Shown here: piece after piece, positions 13,064 to 26,153 of the stretch
How the letters are laid out: each line of letters begins with the position of its first letter
Numbering within the stretch: the first letter of the stretch is position 1
Assembly (NCBI GenBank): GCA_951406725.2
Contig: OX597829.1
Coordinates: 54,498,001 to 54,562,000, forward strand
Length of the DNA stretch: 64,000 nucleotides
Direction of reading: 5' to 3'
Source of the DNA: Octopus vulgaris
Lineage: Eukaryota
Notes under the pieces: model-generated
Database searches by the model: none
The model's input: the letters and a program-made list of their open reading frames with translations, nothing else
What the model was told of the DNA's origin: nothing
Program-made: the position numbers and the translations under genes

Positions 13064-13485
13064 AAAATAGTTAATCTGTAATCTTTAACTCGACAAAATA
13101 TATTTTGCTTCGCCCACAACACTTCGCGAAACTAACGCATTTTTGTTTTCATATTCGTTTCATACACAATTTTTTTCCACCCGATTTTTTGTTTGTTTGT
13201 TTTGTTTTCGTTTCCGGGTATTAAAATTAGAGATGTTCATTTGTAACCTGAGAAGGCAATTAGGAAGAAAGGAAAATCATGCGTGTGTGTGTGTAAATTT
13301 GTACGGAGATGTACTGGCATGACAAGTGTTTTTGATTTGGGATCGTGTGTTGAAACTAAAGCGACAGCAACATAGAAGGACAAATTTGCCATTCAGAAAC
13401 ATACAAATACACAAAGACTGCTAATTTCAGTTAAACATTTATAGTTTGTAACATTTTTTGTCGCTTGAAATTGCGACCTACTCAC

Positions 13486-13558
13486 TCGAGCGCTACATAC
13501 TACAAACAATAATAGGTGCTATTGATTTATATGAAATCAATAGCCTTTGTGTGTTACT
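13486..13558 (-). other. Candidate first non-coding exon
   Basis: Inr-like TCAGT at 13560-13556, donor CGA|GTGAGT at 13486/13485, an 11-bp hairpin (13518-13544) and an ATG-TAG start-stop (13498-13493). Confidence 0.3.
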
Positions 13559-13607
13559 GAAAGGCTAACTTGAAACTTTCATGCTGCTACAACTGTTATA
13601 CATATAT

Positions 13608-14522
13608 ACTAGCAGCTAAACTCAGTTTCACCCGGTCGGTTTGGATGGTGTGGCTGTAAAACCCGTTCTGTGTAAGCATTCGTCTTGTTTGAACACGCTT
13701 ATGTTAAAAAACAATTTTAGAATGACTTCTTTCTGTCAAAACGCTAAAAATAACTGACCAACAACAACCAAAAAAAAATATCAAGATTCAACCAAATAAA
13801 AATATAAACCCAAATACTAAGCGAACTTTCCTACTTAAATTGCGCGCGCACACATTCACATAACCCTTTTACATATACATATATTCACACAGAGTTGAAA
13901 TGCGGTTTGGTTTATTTTTTCAGCGTACAATTTTCATCATCCCACTACCAAGTATGATATCACCCCTTCCTTCCTTATTCATGTATCACCCCTTCCTTTC
14001 TCATTCATAAACACAAGAGTATTATTATAGTAGATTATCTCGGTAACCATGGGAGCTATGAAAAAAATATGACATTACCCCTTCCTTCCTTATTCATCTA
14101 CCACCCTCTTCCTTTCTCATTCATAAACACAAGATTATTATTATGGTAGATTATCTCGGTAACTAGTGGTTGGCATTAGGAAGGGCATCCAGCTGTAGAA
14201 ACTTTGTCAGATGAGATTGGAGCCTGGTGCAGCCTTCTGGCTTTCTAGCCCTCAGTCAAACCGTCCAACCCATGCCAGGATGGAAAGCAGACGTTAAACG
14301 ATGATAATGACGAACCTGGAACCATGTGTTTGGGAAGCAAGCTTCTTACCATTCCACTCCTTGTATCTTGGTTGGTCAGTTATTTTTAGTGTTTTGACAA
14401 AAAATGTCATTCTAAAATTATTTTTTAATGCAAGCATGCTCAAACAAGACAAATACTTACACAGAGCAGGTTTTACAACCACATCATCCAAACCACCTGG
14501 GTGAAACTGAGCTTAGCTGCTA

Positions 14523-14524
<2 letters not shown>
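13608..14524. repeat. ~155-bp inverted repeat pair with Helitron-like CTAG ends
   Basis: 13608-13762 is the diverged reverse complement of 14371-14524. Confidence 0.85.
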
Positions 14525-14599
<75 letters not shown>

Positions 14600-14601
<2 letters not shown>

Positions 14602-15720
14602 AATCATTATCATCATCATCATCATTAAACACTTGTTGTCCATGCTGGTATGGGTTGGATGGTGTGACCATAGCTGTTAAGCTGAGGGGCTGCTCCAGAC
14701 TCCTGTCTGATGTGGCATGGCTTCTACAGCTGGATGCCCTTCCTAACACTTTACAGAGTGTGCTGGGTGATTATACGTGGCACCGCACAGGCTCTCTTAA
14801 ATGGCGCCACACAGGTTCTTTTGCATGGTGCTATGCAGGTGCTTTTATGAGGCACCACCATTAATGCTTTATACCACCCGAAGGATCAGTCTTAACATTT
14901 CTGCTGTGAGGTATGGCAAGGTGCCAGACATCTCGGTCCTTTGTCATCTCACCTGAAAGGTTCATTGTCCTGAGGTCATTCTTCAGTACTTCATCCCATG
15001 TCTTCCTGGATCTCCCACTTCCCCTTGTTCCATCTTTTAGAGATTGGCATTTCTTTATGGAGCTGACAGCATCCATCTGCATCACATGACCAAACCAATG
15101 CAGTCTTCTCTCTTGCTCACAGCATCTAATTCTTCTTATGCCTAACTTCTCTCTCAGAACACTAGCACTCTCACAGATGTACACTTACATTACACATCCA
15201 ACAGAGCATACTAGCCTCATTTCATTCTAACCTTTACTTCTCTTCTACATCCAGGGCCCACGTCTCACTAACCATGTAGAATTGCTGTCTGTATAAATAC
15301 ATCATACAATCCTCCTTTCACTCAGAGAAACTTTTCGTGGCCAACAGAGGTAACAGCTTTCTGAATTTCTTCCATCCTATTCTTATTCTAGCTTTCACAC
15401 TTTCTGTGCATCCTCCTCCACTACTAATTTGTTTCCCTAGGTTACAGAAATTATCTACTACCTCTGATGAGCCACCAAAGCTTTTGAGAGAATTAATTTC
15501 CTGAGTCTCTAAAGTTTTTATGTATCCTGTGCATCTTCCACATTTGAAAACTATCTTCTGATAACCCTCCAATTAACCCACAGCACCTCTTGTGTCCATT
15601 GCTTATACTGGGCACTCAGTATGAAGTTCCTGCCTACACTTTTCCTACAAATTGAACAGGGCCACCTACCTGAGTGGAATAGGGTCATGTCAGTTTTCTT
15701 GCTTAGCCATCTATACATCA
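14600..15720 (-). mobile_element. RTE-clade LINE, 3' portion, degenerate
   Basis: RRLHWFGHV...GRSRKTW and VDNFCNLG...ARIRIGWKKF motifs, then a 3' region ending in (GAT)n. The same 3' region recurs at about 1171-1830, 3678-4050, 14167-14310, 22880-23370, 25253-25510, 26513-26800, 35490-35800 and 62030-62280. Confidence 0.85.
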
Positions 15721-15884
15721 TACATAATATATACACACTATCAATAGTCTACTCCTTCCAGGGCAGCCAAAACAACCTCGTTCTGTTATGTTAAATTCCT
15801 CTCAAACGAATATAGGATACTTACATCCTCTTCCTCTTGCCATCTCAGTTGTGTTTCACACACTTATAATAATAATAATAATAA

Positions 15885-16400
15885 TGAAATTATTGTATAC
15901 AGTGCTCAGGTGCACCACAACTTGTCAAAAGCGCATATAAAGCATATGCAGTAATGTACAAATGTCTGGAAAGCGAACAATGCATGAGCCAGATACATGC
16001 TTGCATGTGTATGGAGGGTAGAAAATCAGGTGTAGTGTTGGCGAATCTCAAGAAGCATGGAAGTTTTGAAGGATGCAGTGCTCCGACAACTAACAACTGA
16101 TGCCGGCAGTTTGTTCTATGCTTCATGGGAGCTGTGCTGTTTTCTGACTTTGTAAACATGTCCGCGGGTGTTAGACAGGTGGAGTTTGAAGAGGTGCTCA
16201 GAGTTATTGTTTGTAAGATGGTTAATAATTTTATGGGTGTCTGCCAAGTCAGCTGCCAGACGTCGGAGTTTCAATGTGTCCATGCCCAGGGAAGTAAGGC
16301 GTTCAGAATATGGCAAATGCCTGATGGAGGTTATTCTCTTGGTTACACATCGCTGAACGGTTTCCAGACGATTAATATCCTGGGCAAGATAGGGAATCAC
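15885..16400 (-). mobile_element. CR1-group LINE 3' end
   Basis: LETVQRCVTKRI...LPYSERLTSLGMDTLKLRRLAADL...TRGH; ends at a TAA microsatellite. Confidence 0.85.
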
Positions 16401-16568
16401 TACTTTCCTTTACAGAATTTGTAGAAGTTTAAGCAAAACATAAATAACACCACCTTCCCCTTCACTTTGAAGTGAATGACTGCGACTCAAGCTAACAAGA
16501 GAGCCTCTATATGGTTATTTGACCTGCTGAAAATAGCAGTCAAACTTCGTTCAGATCGTACATCATCA

Positions 16569-16782
16569 TTAACCCCTTAGCATTCAGATTATTTGTATTG
16601 TTTTGAATTAATCTTGCATTAACTTGTAGCTTTGAAGTTTTAAAGATGTGATTGTTTAGTTTTAGAGTGACATTAAATGGTAGGTGTGAGAGGCCTGATC
16701 TGGCCAGTTTTGGCCAGTCTGAACATAAAATGGGTAGAAAAATTGGGCTGGATATTGCCAAATTTAAATGCAAAGTTGTTAA
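16569..16782 (+). mobile_element. piggyBac-type MITE, second family
   Basis: TTAA-CCCCTTAGCATT start, TTAA end, shared body. Confidence 0.72.
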
Positions 16783-18479
16783 ACAAACACAGTCACATTA
16801 AATGATATATTCATGAAAGTATGAAAATGCTTTTGCTTCAAATTACACAATCCTAAATGGATTGGAATGCTTTAATGCTAAATTATTTTTAATAAAGCTG
16901 ATTGAAGATGGCTGGTGCATTCACCAATGTTCAAGTACATTTGTGTCATATTTGGCTATGCTAGGCTCCAACAGACCTGATAACTACTTCAACATAAATG
17001 TTTGGCTTAACCAAATGAGCCTAATTAAAGAATTTGCAATTAATGGAACAAAATTAGGACACAAACATTTATTCTCAATTAATTACTATTAATGTTAGTC
17101 AAACTAGGCTTTAGAACTTTGAGCTTGTTATTTTCAAAATTATTGTACATACATATAAGTATGAAAGCATTTTTCTATGTTCAGAGACATAAGACAATTA
17201 AATTCTCTTAAGCAGACATTCATATAATGCACACACTCACACACACATACATCAGATGTACGCACACATACACACACTAACTAATGCACAAACATAACAA
17301 AGTGAGGCTGAATTGACTTATATTTACCTCATACCTACTTATAAATACATAATTTGTTATCTAAATAAGACCTATATTTCTCATCTACTTTCGCTGTCTC
17401 TCCACTTAATTATCTACCCACACAATAAACAACCCAAATGCTTTCCTGTCAGTCTGACAGGCTCTATCCATTTATGCATGCATGGTTATGTGTATGCAAG
17501 CACACATACATACACACGCACACACATATATATCACACACTCACACACATACACATGTGTATGTTCATATATATGTATATATCTACAACATATGTGGGAA
17601 ATTCTGTCTGTATGTGTGTTTGTTTGTGGAGTTGTTAGCTAACTCCTCCTACATAGTTTTATCAATTTTGATGAAACTTGACATGTGAGTAGAACTCATG
17701 TCTGGAAACCTTGTGACATACTTAGATTGTTGAAAAAAAAATCGATAATAGAGTCCCTGGAAGGGATCCTAATATATATCCATGGGAAATAACCCATTCC
17801 TTTTCCTAAATTATTTGGTATAAATCAAATTGAGTATGCTTATTTCTTAGTATTTTTCAATTCAATTTTTTTAATTGTTAGAGTTATTTTCACAATTTAT
17901 CCAGTACAACTGTTAAACAAGTAAATAGTATTTTCCTAAACAATAGATCCACTTATTTTGGTTAGTGACTTATTCCTGAATATACCAACACTAGCACCCA
18001 TGAGGATAATATTCTCTGGTAAAGCACAAAAGCCCTTTTCAGAGTTATTTACTTTGAATTGTTATTATCTCATATCTGATTAGCCTGTTATTACATGATT
18101 TTAGTATACATACCTTATTAGTATTTCCTCCGATATTCTATATACTCTGGGAATGAATTAAAGCCCTTTTCGAGGCTACTTTATCGGGTAACTAATTTCA
18201 TGTTATTACATAATTGACTTCACAATTTGGGTATTCATCACTTATTGGGAATTCCTAAAAACAAGATTCTGTGTAAGACAGTTTGGTATTCTCTGTAAAT
18301 GCACAAAAACCGTTTTAAGGGCTACATACTTAGTATTGTTGTTATTGGATTAGCGAAACAATTATGAAAATGGAACCAAGGCATAAGCCCCACTTTCCAT
18401 GTGTGTGTGTGTGTGTGTGCACTGGGTGCTTTTTAGTGAATTCACTATGCAGCTTGCAAGTCCACAACCTTTGACCCCA

Positions 18480-18690
18480 GGTTTTGGTTCCATACCTGGA
18501 ACTTCATTTCCAGTTCTGCTACAGATTTTGCTATATGAGCAAGGTCATCAACATATGGTAGTCATAAATTCCTCTGTTATGGCCTGGAGGACTATGATGA
18601 ATAAGAGGGGACTGAGAACTGAGCCCTGGTGAACTCATACACTTAATTCATCTTTGTACACATGGCTGACTCTCAACCACCTGATAGCAC
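18480..18690 (-). mobile_element. RTE reverse transcriptase fragment
   Basis: Minus strand reads VHQGSVLSPLLFIIVLQAITEEF...YVDDLA. Confidence 0.75.
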
Positions 18691-18729
18691 CCCTATATAT
18701 GGCTTGTGTAACCTTGCAAATACACTAAA

Positions 18730-19548
18730 GTTGCAGTTGTGGATAAGACACTCTGTCAGGTAACAAGCTCTTCTCAGTATGTAGGAAAGGTGTTGGATGG
18801 AATTCAATTTGTTGCACTCAGGATCTGAATTGATCCTAAGGCCCTGTTCAGGGATGTGGGGCGGCATGATGTCACTCTCACTGGGGACACATGCAAAGAC
18901 CCTCACAGTTTGAGGGATCTTGGTTTTCATGACGTGTGGGACTTCACATGGATTGCAAGTTGTTCTGGGTGTTGTGCAACTGATCCCAGCAGAAGTTCTT
19001 TCCATCTGACAAGAACCAGATTATCCTTGGACCAACAGAGATGCCTTAGTTTCTTCAGGAGCTTCCTTGCCTTTGTCAAACAGTTCTCATTTGCTTTTGC
19101 TATCAAAATTTATTCCTTGCACTTCTTGTATGAGTGGTGGTGAAGGTCCTCATTCAGGGTCAGCTTCATGATGGCAACTCCAGTACCCATCTCCCACACT
19201 AAAGCCCCAAATTCCCTTGCTCAGATTTTCCATCACCTTGTCCGGCAGTTGTCGGATGAATTCCGGAGTGCAGATGCAGTCAGAATGCCTCCTGTGTCTC
19301 TTCCTGTTGGCCACAGCTTCATAGTCTCCACTGCAATTGTCCATGTCAGCCTTTACAGTGGTTCACAGCTCATTGAGCAGCAGTCATGATGTCAGCATTT
19401 TGATACTCAGAGCGAATCCTTGTGATACAGGAAACTCTGTTCCAATATTCAGATGGCTTCCAGTCCGCTTTCCTCCACTTCAATACATGAAGCTGTTTTG
19501 GAAAAAGGAAACAATAAAATCATCAAATTTTGCCCAAACACCCTGTAT
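18730..19548 (-). mobile_element. Tc1/mariner-like transposase remnant
   Basis: TIR-like CAGGGTGTTTGGGCAAAATTTGATG at the right end; HTH-region remnant (RKRHRRHSDCICTPEFI). Confidence 0.5.
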
Positions 19549-19552
19549 ATAC

Positions 19553-19590
<38 letters not shown>

Positions 19591-19923
19591 ATGCATGTGT
19601 CTGTATGTGTGCATGTGCATACACACATGTGTGTTTGTGCATATGTGCATGCATAGTTTGTGTGTGTGTGCATACATGTGTGCGTGTGTGCATATTCATT
19701 AGCATCAAGATGTCTGCTTTTGTCTTTTTGAATTTTTTTCTTCCATATTGGACTGGAAATGTCTACACCATGTCTACAAGTCCCGATTTGTCTCAATCCT
19801 CTACCATTAGATCTAATCCTATTGACTAGGGTTAATACCCTAATAGTAACCTTCAGCCCTTCTGTACTTTCCACTATCAATACACCCCAGTTCTTCACCA
19901 GGTTACTGTCCATAACCTTTCAG

Positions 19924-20035
19924 CTATTAAACTGTTAATTTATTAAACTGTTAATCTATTAAACTGTTAATCTATTAAACTGTTAATCTATTAAACTGTT
20001 ATTCTATTAAACTGTTAATCTATTAAACTGTTATT
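19924..20035. repeat. 16-bp tandem repeat (CTATTAAACTGTTAAT), 7 units
   Basis: Directly visible. Confidence 0.92.
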
Positions 20036-20544
20036 CTCTCATACATTGACTTGCATCTGCAATCTGTTCTTTTATTATCTCTTTGCACAAGTCTCCCCCC
20101 CCCCCATCAACATTTAATTTCCTTTTTTTTTTTTCACAACACTTCCTTTTACATGATCTAAAAAGGAAGCCTGCATGTGGCTGTCTGACCTGCTAGATAT
20201 GGCAGCTGAATCTCCCTGAAATTGTCACAAACCACCATCTTTGAAAATGACTTGTCGGATAATGTGGTTCAGGTTCCTTAGATTAAACCACAAAAACAAA
20301 ATATTCACTCACACACACACACACACACACGCATGCATGCATGCATATACACACACACATGCATGCATATACACACACACAGATAAACCAATCCAATAAA
20401 CTGTTCGGATGGACAGTTAAAAGCTTGTGTTTATTATTTCAAACATTGACTTCTTTGCAGAAACGGTCACCCATTTTGTTGTTTATTTAACAGATTTCAA
20501 AATTGCCCAAGATTCACTCATTGAATAAATTATCTTTTATCTGT

Positions 20545-20930
20545 TACCTTTTGCTTCTTTCAGTCATTAGACTGTGGCCATGCTGGGGCACCACCTTGAA
20601 AAATTTTAAAGTCAAATAAATCGACCCCTCAGAACTTATTTCTACTATAATCCTTATTTCTACTATATTCTATCGGTCTCTTTTGCCAAACCACTAAGTT
20701 ATGGGGGACACAAACATACCAACACCAATTGTCAAACAGAGACAGGGAACAAACACAAACACACACACATATTTATAACAGGCTTCTTTCAGTTTCCATC
20801 TACCAAATCCACTCAGAAGTCTTTGGTCGTCGCAAAGCTATAGTAGAAGACACTTGCTGAAGGTGCTATGCAGTGGGACTGAACCCACAATCATGTGACA
20901 CAGAAGCAAAATTCTAACCACACAGCCATT
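20545..20930 (-). mobile_element. tRNA-derived SINE family 1, older copy
   Basis: Colinear with 4277-4652. Confidence 0.82.
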
Positions 20931-20992
20931 GTGCAAGTTAATTTTTTTTGTGTGTGTGAGAAAAATGTGAATATTACAGAGTTTTGAAAAAT

Positions 20993-21383
20993 TACCAGGC
21001 ATTGCTCGGGTTTGTAAGGGAAATAAATATATAAGCATTTTTAGAGAGTTATAGCCAAAAAAATAGCAAAAAAATGCATTAAAAATGGAAAAAAAATGAT
21101 GGTAAATTTTTTTTTAAATCGTTGACTCATCGTAGACATTTTTAGAGAGTTACTTCCCTTATATAATAGCGATAAAATACATTAAAATGGAAAAAATTGA
21201 TGGTAAATTTTTTTAAATCGTAGACTCATCGTAGACGCGCGCCAATACCCAGAAGGGCTCGATATGAATCACGACTATAAGATACCCGGTTTTTGGTTAA
21301 ACTGCACCGCAAAATGTGGGAGTAGTTGGGAATCTAAATCGTAGGAGACAGACAGCACACAACCTCACTTTTATATATAAAGA
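20993..21383 (-). mobile_element. Non-autonomous Helitron, same family, 3' terminus eroded
   Basis: Reverse-complement copy of 27463-27850. Confidence 0.8.
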
Positions 21384-21499
21384 TTTGACTGAATAAACGT
21401 AAAATATGATTTTACTGAAATTGTAATTACAGCTGGTTCTATTGGACTTATCTATAACATACAACATTCCAATCAAGAATTAAGTGACGGAAGAATACA

Positions 21500-22205
21500 T
21501 ATGCAGGAATCCCTAACGACATCATGGTTCCAGGTTCAGGGTCACTGAGTGTGTCAAGTGTCTTCTACTGTAGCCTCCAGCCGACCAAAGTATTGTGAGT
21601 GGATTTGGTAGGCAGAACTGGTGATGTTCCTAAAAAGGGACAGATAGAATAAGCCTAAGAAGAGATAGAAAAAGCCTAGAAAGGGACAGATAGAATAATC
21701 TTAGAAAGGGACAGATGGAATGATTCTAAAAAAGGGACAGATAGAATAAGGTTAGAAAAGGACAGATAGAATATGCCTAAAAAAGGAAAGAGAATAAGCC
21801 TAGAAAGGGACATACAGAATAAAGCTAAAAAGGGACAGATAGAATAAGCCTAAAAAGGGACACTTAAAAGGAACAGATAGAATAATCCAAAAAAGGGACA
21901 GATAGAATAATCCAAAAAAGGGACAGATAGAAAAAGCCTAGAAAGGGACAGATCGAATAAGCCTAAAAAGGGACAGATAGAATAAGCCTAGAAGGGAACA
22001 GATAGAATAAGTCTATAAAGGGACAGATAGAATAAGCCTAGAAAGGGACAGATAGAATAATCCTAGAAAGGGACAGATAGACTAGCTTTAAAAAAAAGTA
22101 TTAAAGTTGTATTATTTGATTAAAAACTTCTTCAATGTGGTGTCCCCCACCCCCATCTTTTGTAGCATGTCCACAGTCTAATGGCTGAAACAAGTAGAAG
22201 ATAAA
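21500..22205 (+). mobile_element. SINE family 1 copy with an internal minisatellite expansion
   Basis: SINE head at 21500-21620 and tail at about 22090-22205 flank the tandem array. Confidence 0.65.
21629..22080 (+). repeat. ~25-bp minisatellite (AAAGGGACAGATAGAATAAGCCTAG), about 18 units
   Basis: Imperfect head-to-tail units with no spacers. Confidence 0.92.
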
Positions 22206-23369
22206 AGAAATAGATGTGATATTTGAAGAGAAATGTAGTCGAGCGTCAGACCAGCCCTTGTGGTTTGCTTATTAGTAAAACTCAGCATTTCCACCAGCTG
22301 TACTTTCGGTATTGATTCCAGATAAAAAAATGCAAGGCAATGGTTTTGAGATAAATTTAAATGTGTCACCAGTTGAAATATGTCTGAGAGATATTTTTAT
22401 GTTCTGTTAGCATAGAAATAAGAAAGTAGTTTTGTATCTTAGCTTCAAATAATATAAACAGATTAGAGGAAATTGAGATGGTTGTAACCTAGTTTTTGAC
22501 AGAAAAACACATTAACAGACACGAACAGATTTTAGCCCTTGGCCTATTAGCCAAAGGTCAAAGCTAACTCCACCACGATAATCACTACAGCATATCAAAT
22601 GTATGGCAACTGCAGCAAGTATTAAAGTATTTATGGTTTCTGGTTTGACCAGCTGCCACAGGCTGTTGTCAGCACAAACGCACATTGATACAAATAGAAA
22701 AACTATAGATTTTTGTCTATCAAGAAGATCGTTTTAAGCACTTTTCTTAATATTTCATCTGGATCAACAGTGACCCAGTCTAAGTCTTGTAAGTAATAAA
22801 TGAAGTTTTTCTTGATCTCAGTTCTCTCAGCCACTTCAATACCTTTATTTCACCTTCTTTCATGGACTTTCAAATGACTGTCATCATCATCATCATCATT
22901 CAATGTCTGTTTTACCATGCTGGCATGGGTTGGACGATTTGACAGGAGCTGTCCAGGCTCCATGCCTATCTTTGTATGGTTTCTATGGCTGGATGCCCTT
23001 CCAAATGCCAACCACTTTACAGAGTGGCACTGGGTGGTTTTTATGTGCCACTGGCACAGGTGCTTTTTATGTGGCACCAACATTTACAATCTCACAAGAT
23101 TAGGATCACCCAGCTGAGGAGGGATGCAGGGGACAAGCCTGTATGCAAGGGCAACCGTGGTTTTACTTAGCTTGATGTGTCTTCTCAAGCACAGTAAACT
23201 GCCGTATTTCTCGGTCCCTTGACAACCGCTCTGTGAGTCCCAACATCTGTAGATCCTTTCTCGCCACTTCATCTGTCACTTATTCCCGGGTCTACCCCTT
23301 ACATATGTTCCCTCTACAATTAGAGATCAGCACCTCTTGACGCAACTATCTTCATTCATACAGTATATC

Positions 23370-23640
23370 AAAAAATATGGTTTGCTCTTTTCAATAGCAG
23401 TTGATGCTTCAAAGAGAAGCGCAATAAAGAATTTCCCAATACTTCAGAGATGCTTTCATTTTAAGAAGGAAGTTCCACATGTGATGTGCCACATGGGATG
23501 TGCCACTCGATTTTTACAATAATGAATCATAAGAGAAAACTACTAATGAAACTGTCGATTTCGGGTCTGGATATGAATAAAGTGTTTTCTAGATAGGCAC
23601 AACATTATTTATCAAAAAGTGAAAATGGCTCAAATAAAAA
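23370..23640 (+). mobile_element. Possible hAT-like transposase fragment
   Basis: FSIAVDAS...FPI motif; part of it recurs at about 32205-32310. Confidence 0.4.
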
Positions 23641-23967
23641 AGAGGTTGATTTGATTGTTAAGAACATGATAGTATTAAAAACCTTCTGACTATAGACATT
23701 TTCCTACAGTTATTAAATTTCAATACTATCATGTTCTTAACAATCAAATCAACTTCTCTGTCTGTATATCTATCCTCTTTATAATGTTGGCAAACGAACT
23801 GGAAATAAGTATATGTATTGTCCGTTTGATGGAGGATCTCTATAAATGGCTGAAGATTGCTCAACATTTTAAAACTGATGCAATACTTACAATGTTTAAT
23901 AAAATGAAGTAACATGAAACGATCGTACCAAATTACCAAAGATATACTCGTTGCTTATTTTGAGTAG

Positions 23968-23998
<31 letters not shown>

Positions 23999-24004
23999 CA
24001 CATA

Positions 24005-24821
24005 TAGGGTGCAATGGGTAAATTGTCAACATTTTACATTTTTAATTTCAAACATGCACATTGTTTGTCTTTGATTTTGTCAACTACATAGTATAGTAGG
24101 GTCAGTTGGGCACTGTCTGTGAGAAAAACAGCATCATGACGCAATTCACTATTCACTCTGGAAGTTCCAATATGAACATTTCAGAGTATCTGGGTATCAG
24201 TCTGAGGACATACACCAAGAGTGATAAAAATCAAACAGTTAACATCATGGTGTTTGGAGTGATCACAAGTGATGGCGACCTTATGCCTTCATTTCTCTTC
24301 CCATACGGCGTCACACTCAGCACAGAAGCTTACATCAAGTGCCTGGAGGAGGTAGTACTGCTCTGGGTCAAGAGGGTGGCTGTTGGAAGATGCTATGTCT
24401 AGCAACAGGGCTCTGCACCATGCCACACAAGCAGGAGAACCCAGTCATGGCTGTCAGATAATTTCTGTGACCACATCACCCCTAAATTCTGGCCACCTAA
24501 CTCCTCAGACTGCAACACCCTTGCTTATTATGTTCAGTGACAGAGCAACAAAACTCCTTGTAACACCAAAGATGAACTGAAGGCAAGGATTATGGCAGCA
24601 TTCACCAACTTAAACAAGGAGACTCTCCAGATGAGTTGCAGGAGATTCCGAAGTCGTCTGGAGGCCATGGTTAAAGCCAATGGCGATTTTATTAAACAAA
24701 TTTACTCTTTAGTATTTCAAGATATTTTAATGTAATTTTGGTAAATATATCTGTTAAAATAAGATGTCAATGTAATTTTCATTTTTGCATCATATAGACA
24801 ATTTATTCACTGCACCCTGTA
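24005..24821 (+). mobile_element. Tc1/mariner-superfamily element (maT/DD37D-like), internally deleted
   Basis: TIRs AGGGTGCAATGGGTAAATTGTC / GACAATTTATTCACTGCACCCTG with TA flanks; MVFGVITSDG, SAPCHTS and WPPNSSDCN remnants. Confidence 0.85.
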
Positions 24822-25717
24822 TATCTATCTATCTATCAATATATATATATATATATATATTGATAGATAGATACATACATAGATATAGATAGATATATAT
24901 ATGTAATAACTATATCATAAAGACCTATGTGGTTCAATTCTCCATAATTTATCAGCCTTCGGGTATGTTTATATACTAGACAGTAAATATCTATATATTA
25001 AATTTGGCTGAAATTGCTGGGTGGGCTATATAGACGAATGGAATGTATATGGAGCCATGAAAGTATTTATGTCATGTTGGGACCCCACTGGTTCAGCCCA
25101 TCATTTTTCAGTTATTTGTTTAGATTATATCACACTAATTGGAGTCTATATTATTATAATAACATATAATTGTAGTTATTATTGTATAAAGACCTATGGG
25201 GTTGCTCTTCCTGTACTTTATCAGCCTTCGAGTTTGTTTGCAAATTTATATATCATCATCATCATCTCATCATCATCGTTTAACGTCCGTTTTCCATGCT
25301 AGCATGGGTTGGGCGGTTTGACCGGGGTTCTGGGAAGCCAGAAGGCTGCACCAGGCTCCAGTCTAATCTGGCAATGTTTCTACAGCTGGATGCCCTTCCT
25401 AACGCCAACCACTCCATGAGTGTAGTGGTTTTTCTTTACGTGCCACCGGCACAGAGGCCATAGGAGACTGGCAAACGGCTACGATTGGTTGGTTCTCTTT
25501 ACGTGTCACCGACATATATATATATATATTTATATATAGGCACAGGAGTCAGGAGTGGCTGTGTGGTAAGTAGCTTGCTTACCAGCCACATGGTTCTGGA
25601 TTCAGTCCCACTCACATGGCACCTTGGACAAGTGTCTTCTACTATAGCCTCAGGCCGACCAAAGCCTTGTGAGTGGATTTGGTAGAGAGAAACTGAAAGA
25701 AGCCTGGTGTATATATA

Positions 25718-26092
25718 TCTTTATATATAAAAGTGAAGTTGTGTGTCTGTCTCCTACGATTTAGATTCCTAACTACTCCCACATTTTGCGGTGCAGTTTA
25801 ACCAAAACCGGGTATCTTATAGTCGTGATTCATATCGAGCCCTTCTGGGTATTAGCGCGCGTCTCTTGCCAACCATCATTTTTTTCCATTTTAATGCATT
25901 TTTTCGCTATTAAATAAGGGAAGTAACTCTCTAAAAATGTCTACGATGAGTCAACGATTTAAAAAAAAATTTACCATCATTTTTTTTCCATTTTTAATGC
26001 ATTTTTTTGCTATTTCTTGGCTATAACTCTCTAAAAATGCTTATATATTTATGTCCCTTACAAACCCGAGCAACGCTGGGCGATACTGCTAG
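25718..26092 (+). mobile_element. Non-autonomous Helitron, same family
   Basis: Near-identical to 27463-27860; inserted in the TA run of a SINE. Confidence 0.85.
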
Positions 26093-26094
26093 TA

Positions 26095-26106
26095 TATATA
26101 TATATG

Positions 26107-26153
<47 letters not shown>

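Larger units (their letters stand above)
8950..13950. promoter_or_regulatory. CpG-retaining (probably unmethylated) promoter-proximal region
   Basis: CpG is visibly more frequent than in the flanks and young SINEs are scarce. ETS-like CCGGAA motifs occur near 8990, 12825 and 13213. Confidence 0.5.

Noticed and set aside
12620-13074. Poly-Tyr/poly-Leu/poly-Val ORFs
   Set aside because: Translations of (TAC)n and (TA)n microsatellites; the same applies to the ORF clusters at 14513-14864, 17313-17688 and 19337-19913.
21629-22080. Regular repeat array as a CRISPR
   Set aside because: Units are contiguous with no unique spacers, there are no cas genes, the context is eukaryotic, and the unit derives from a SINE.
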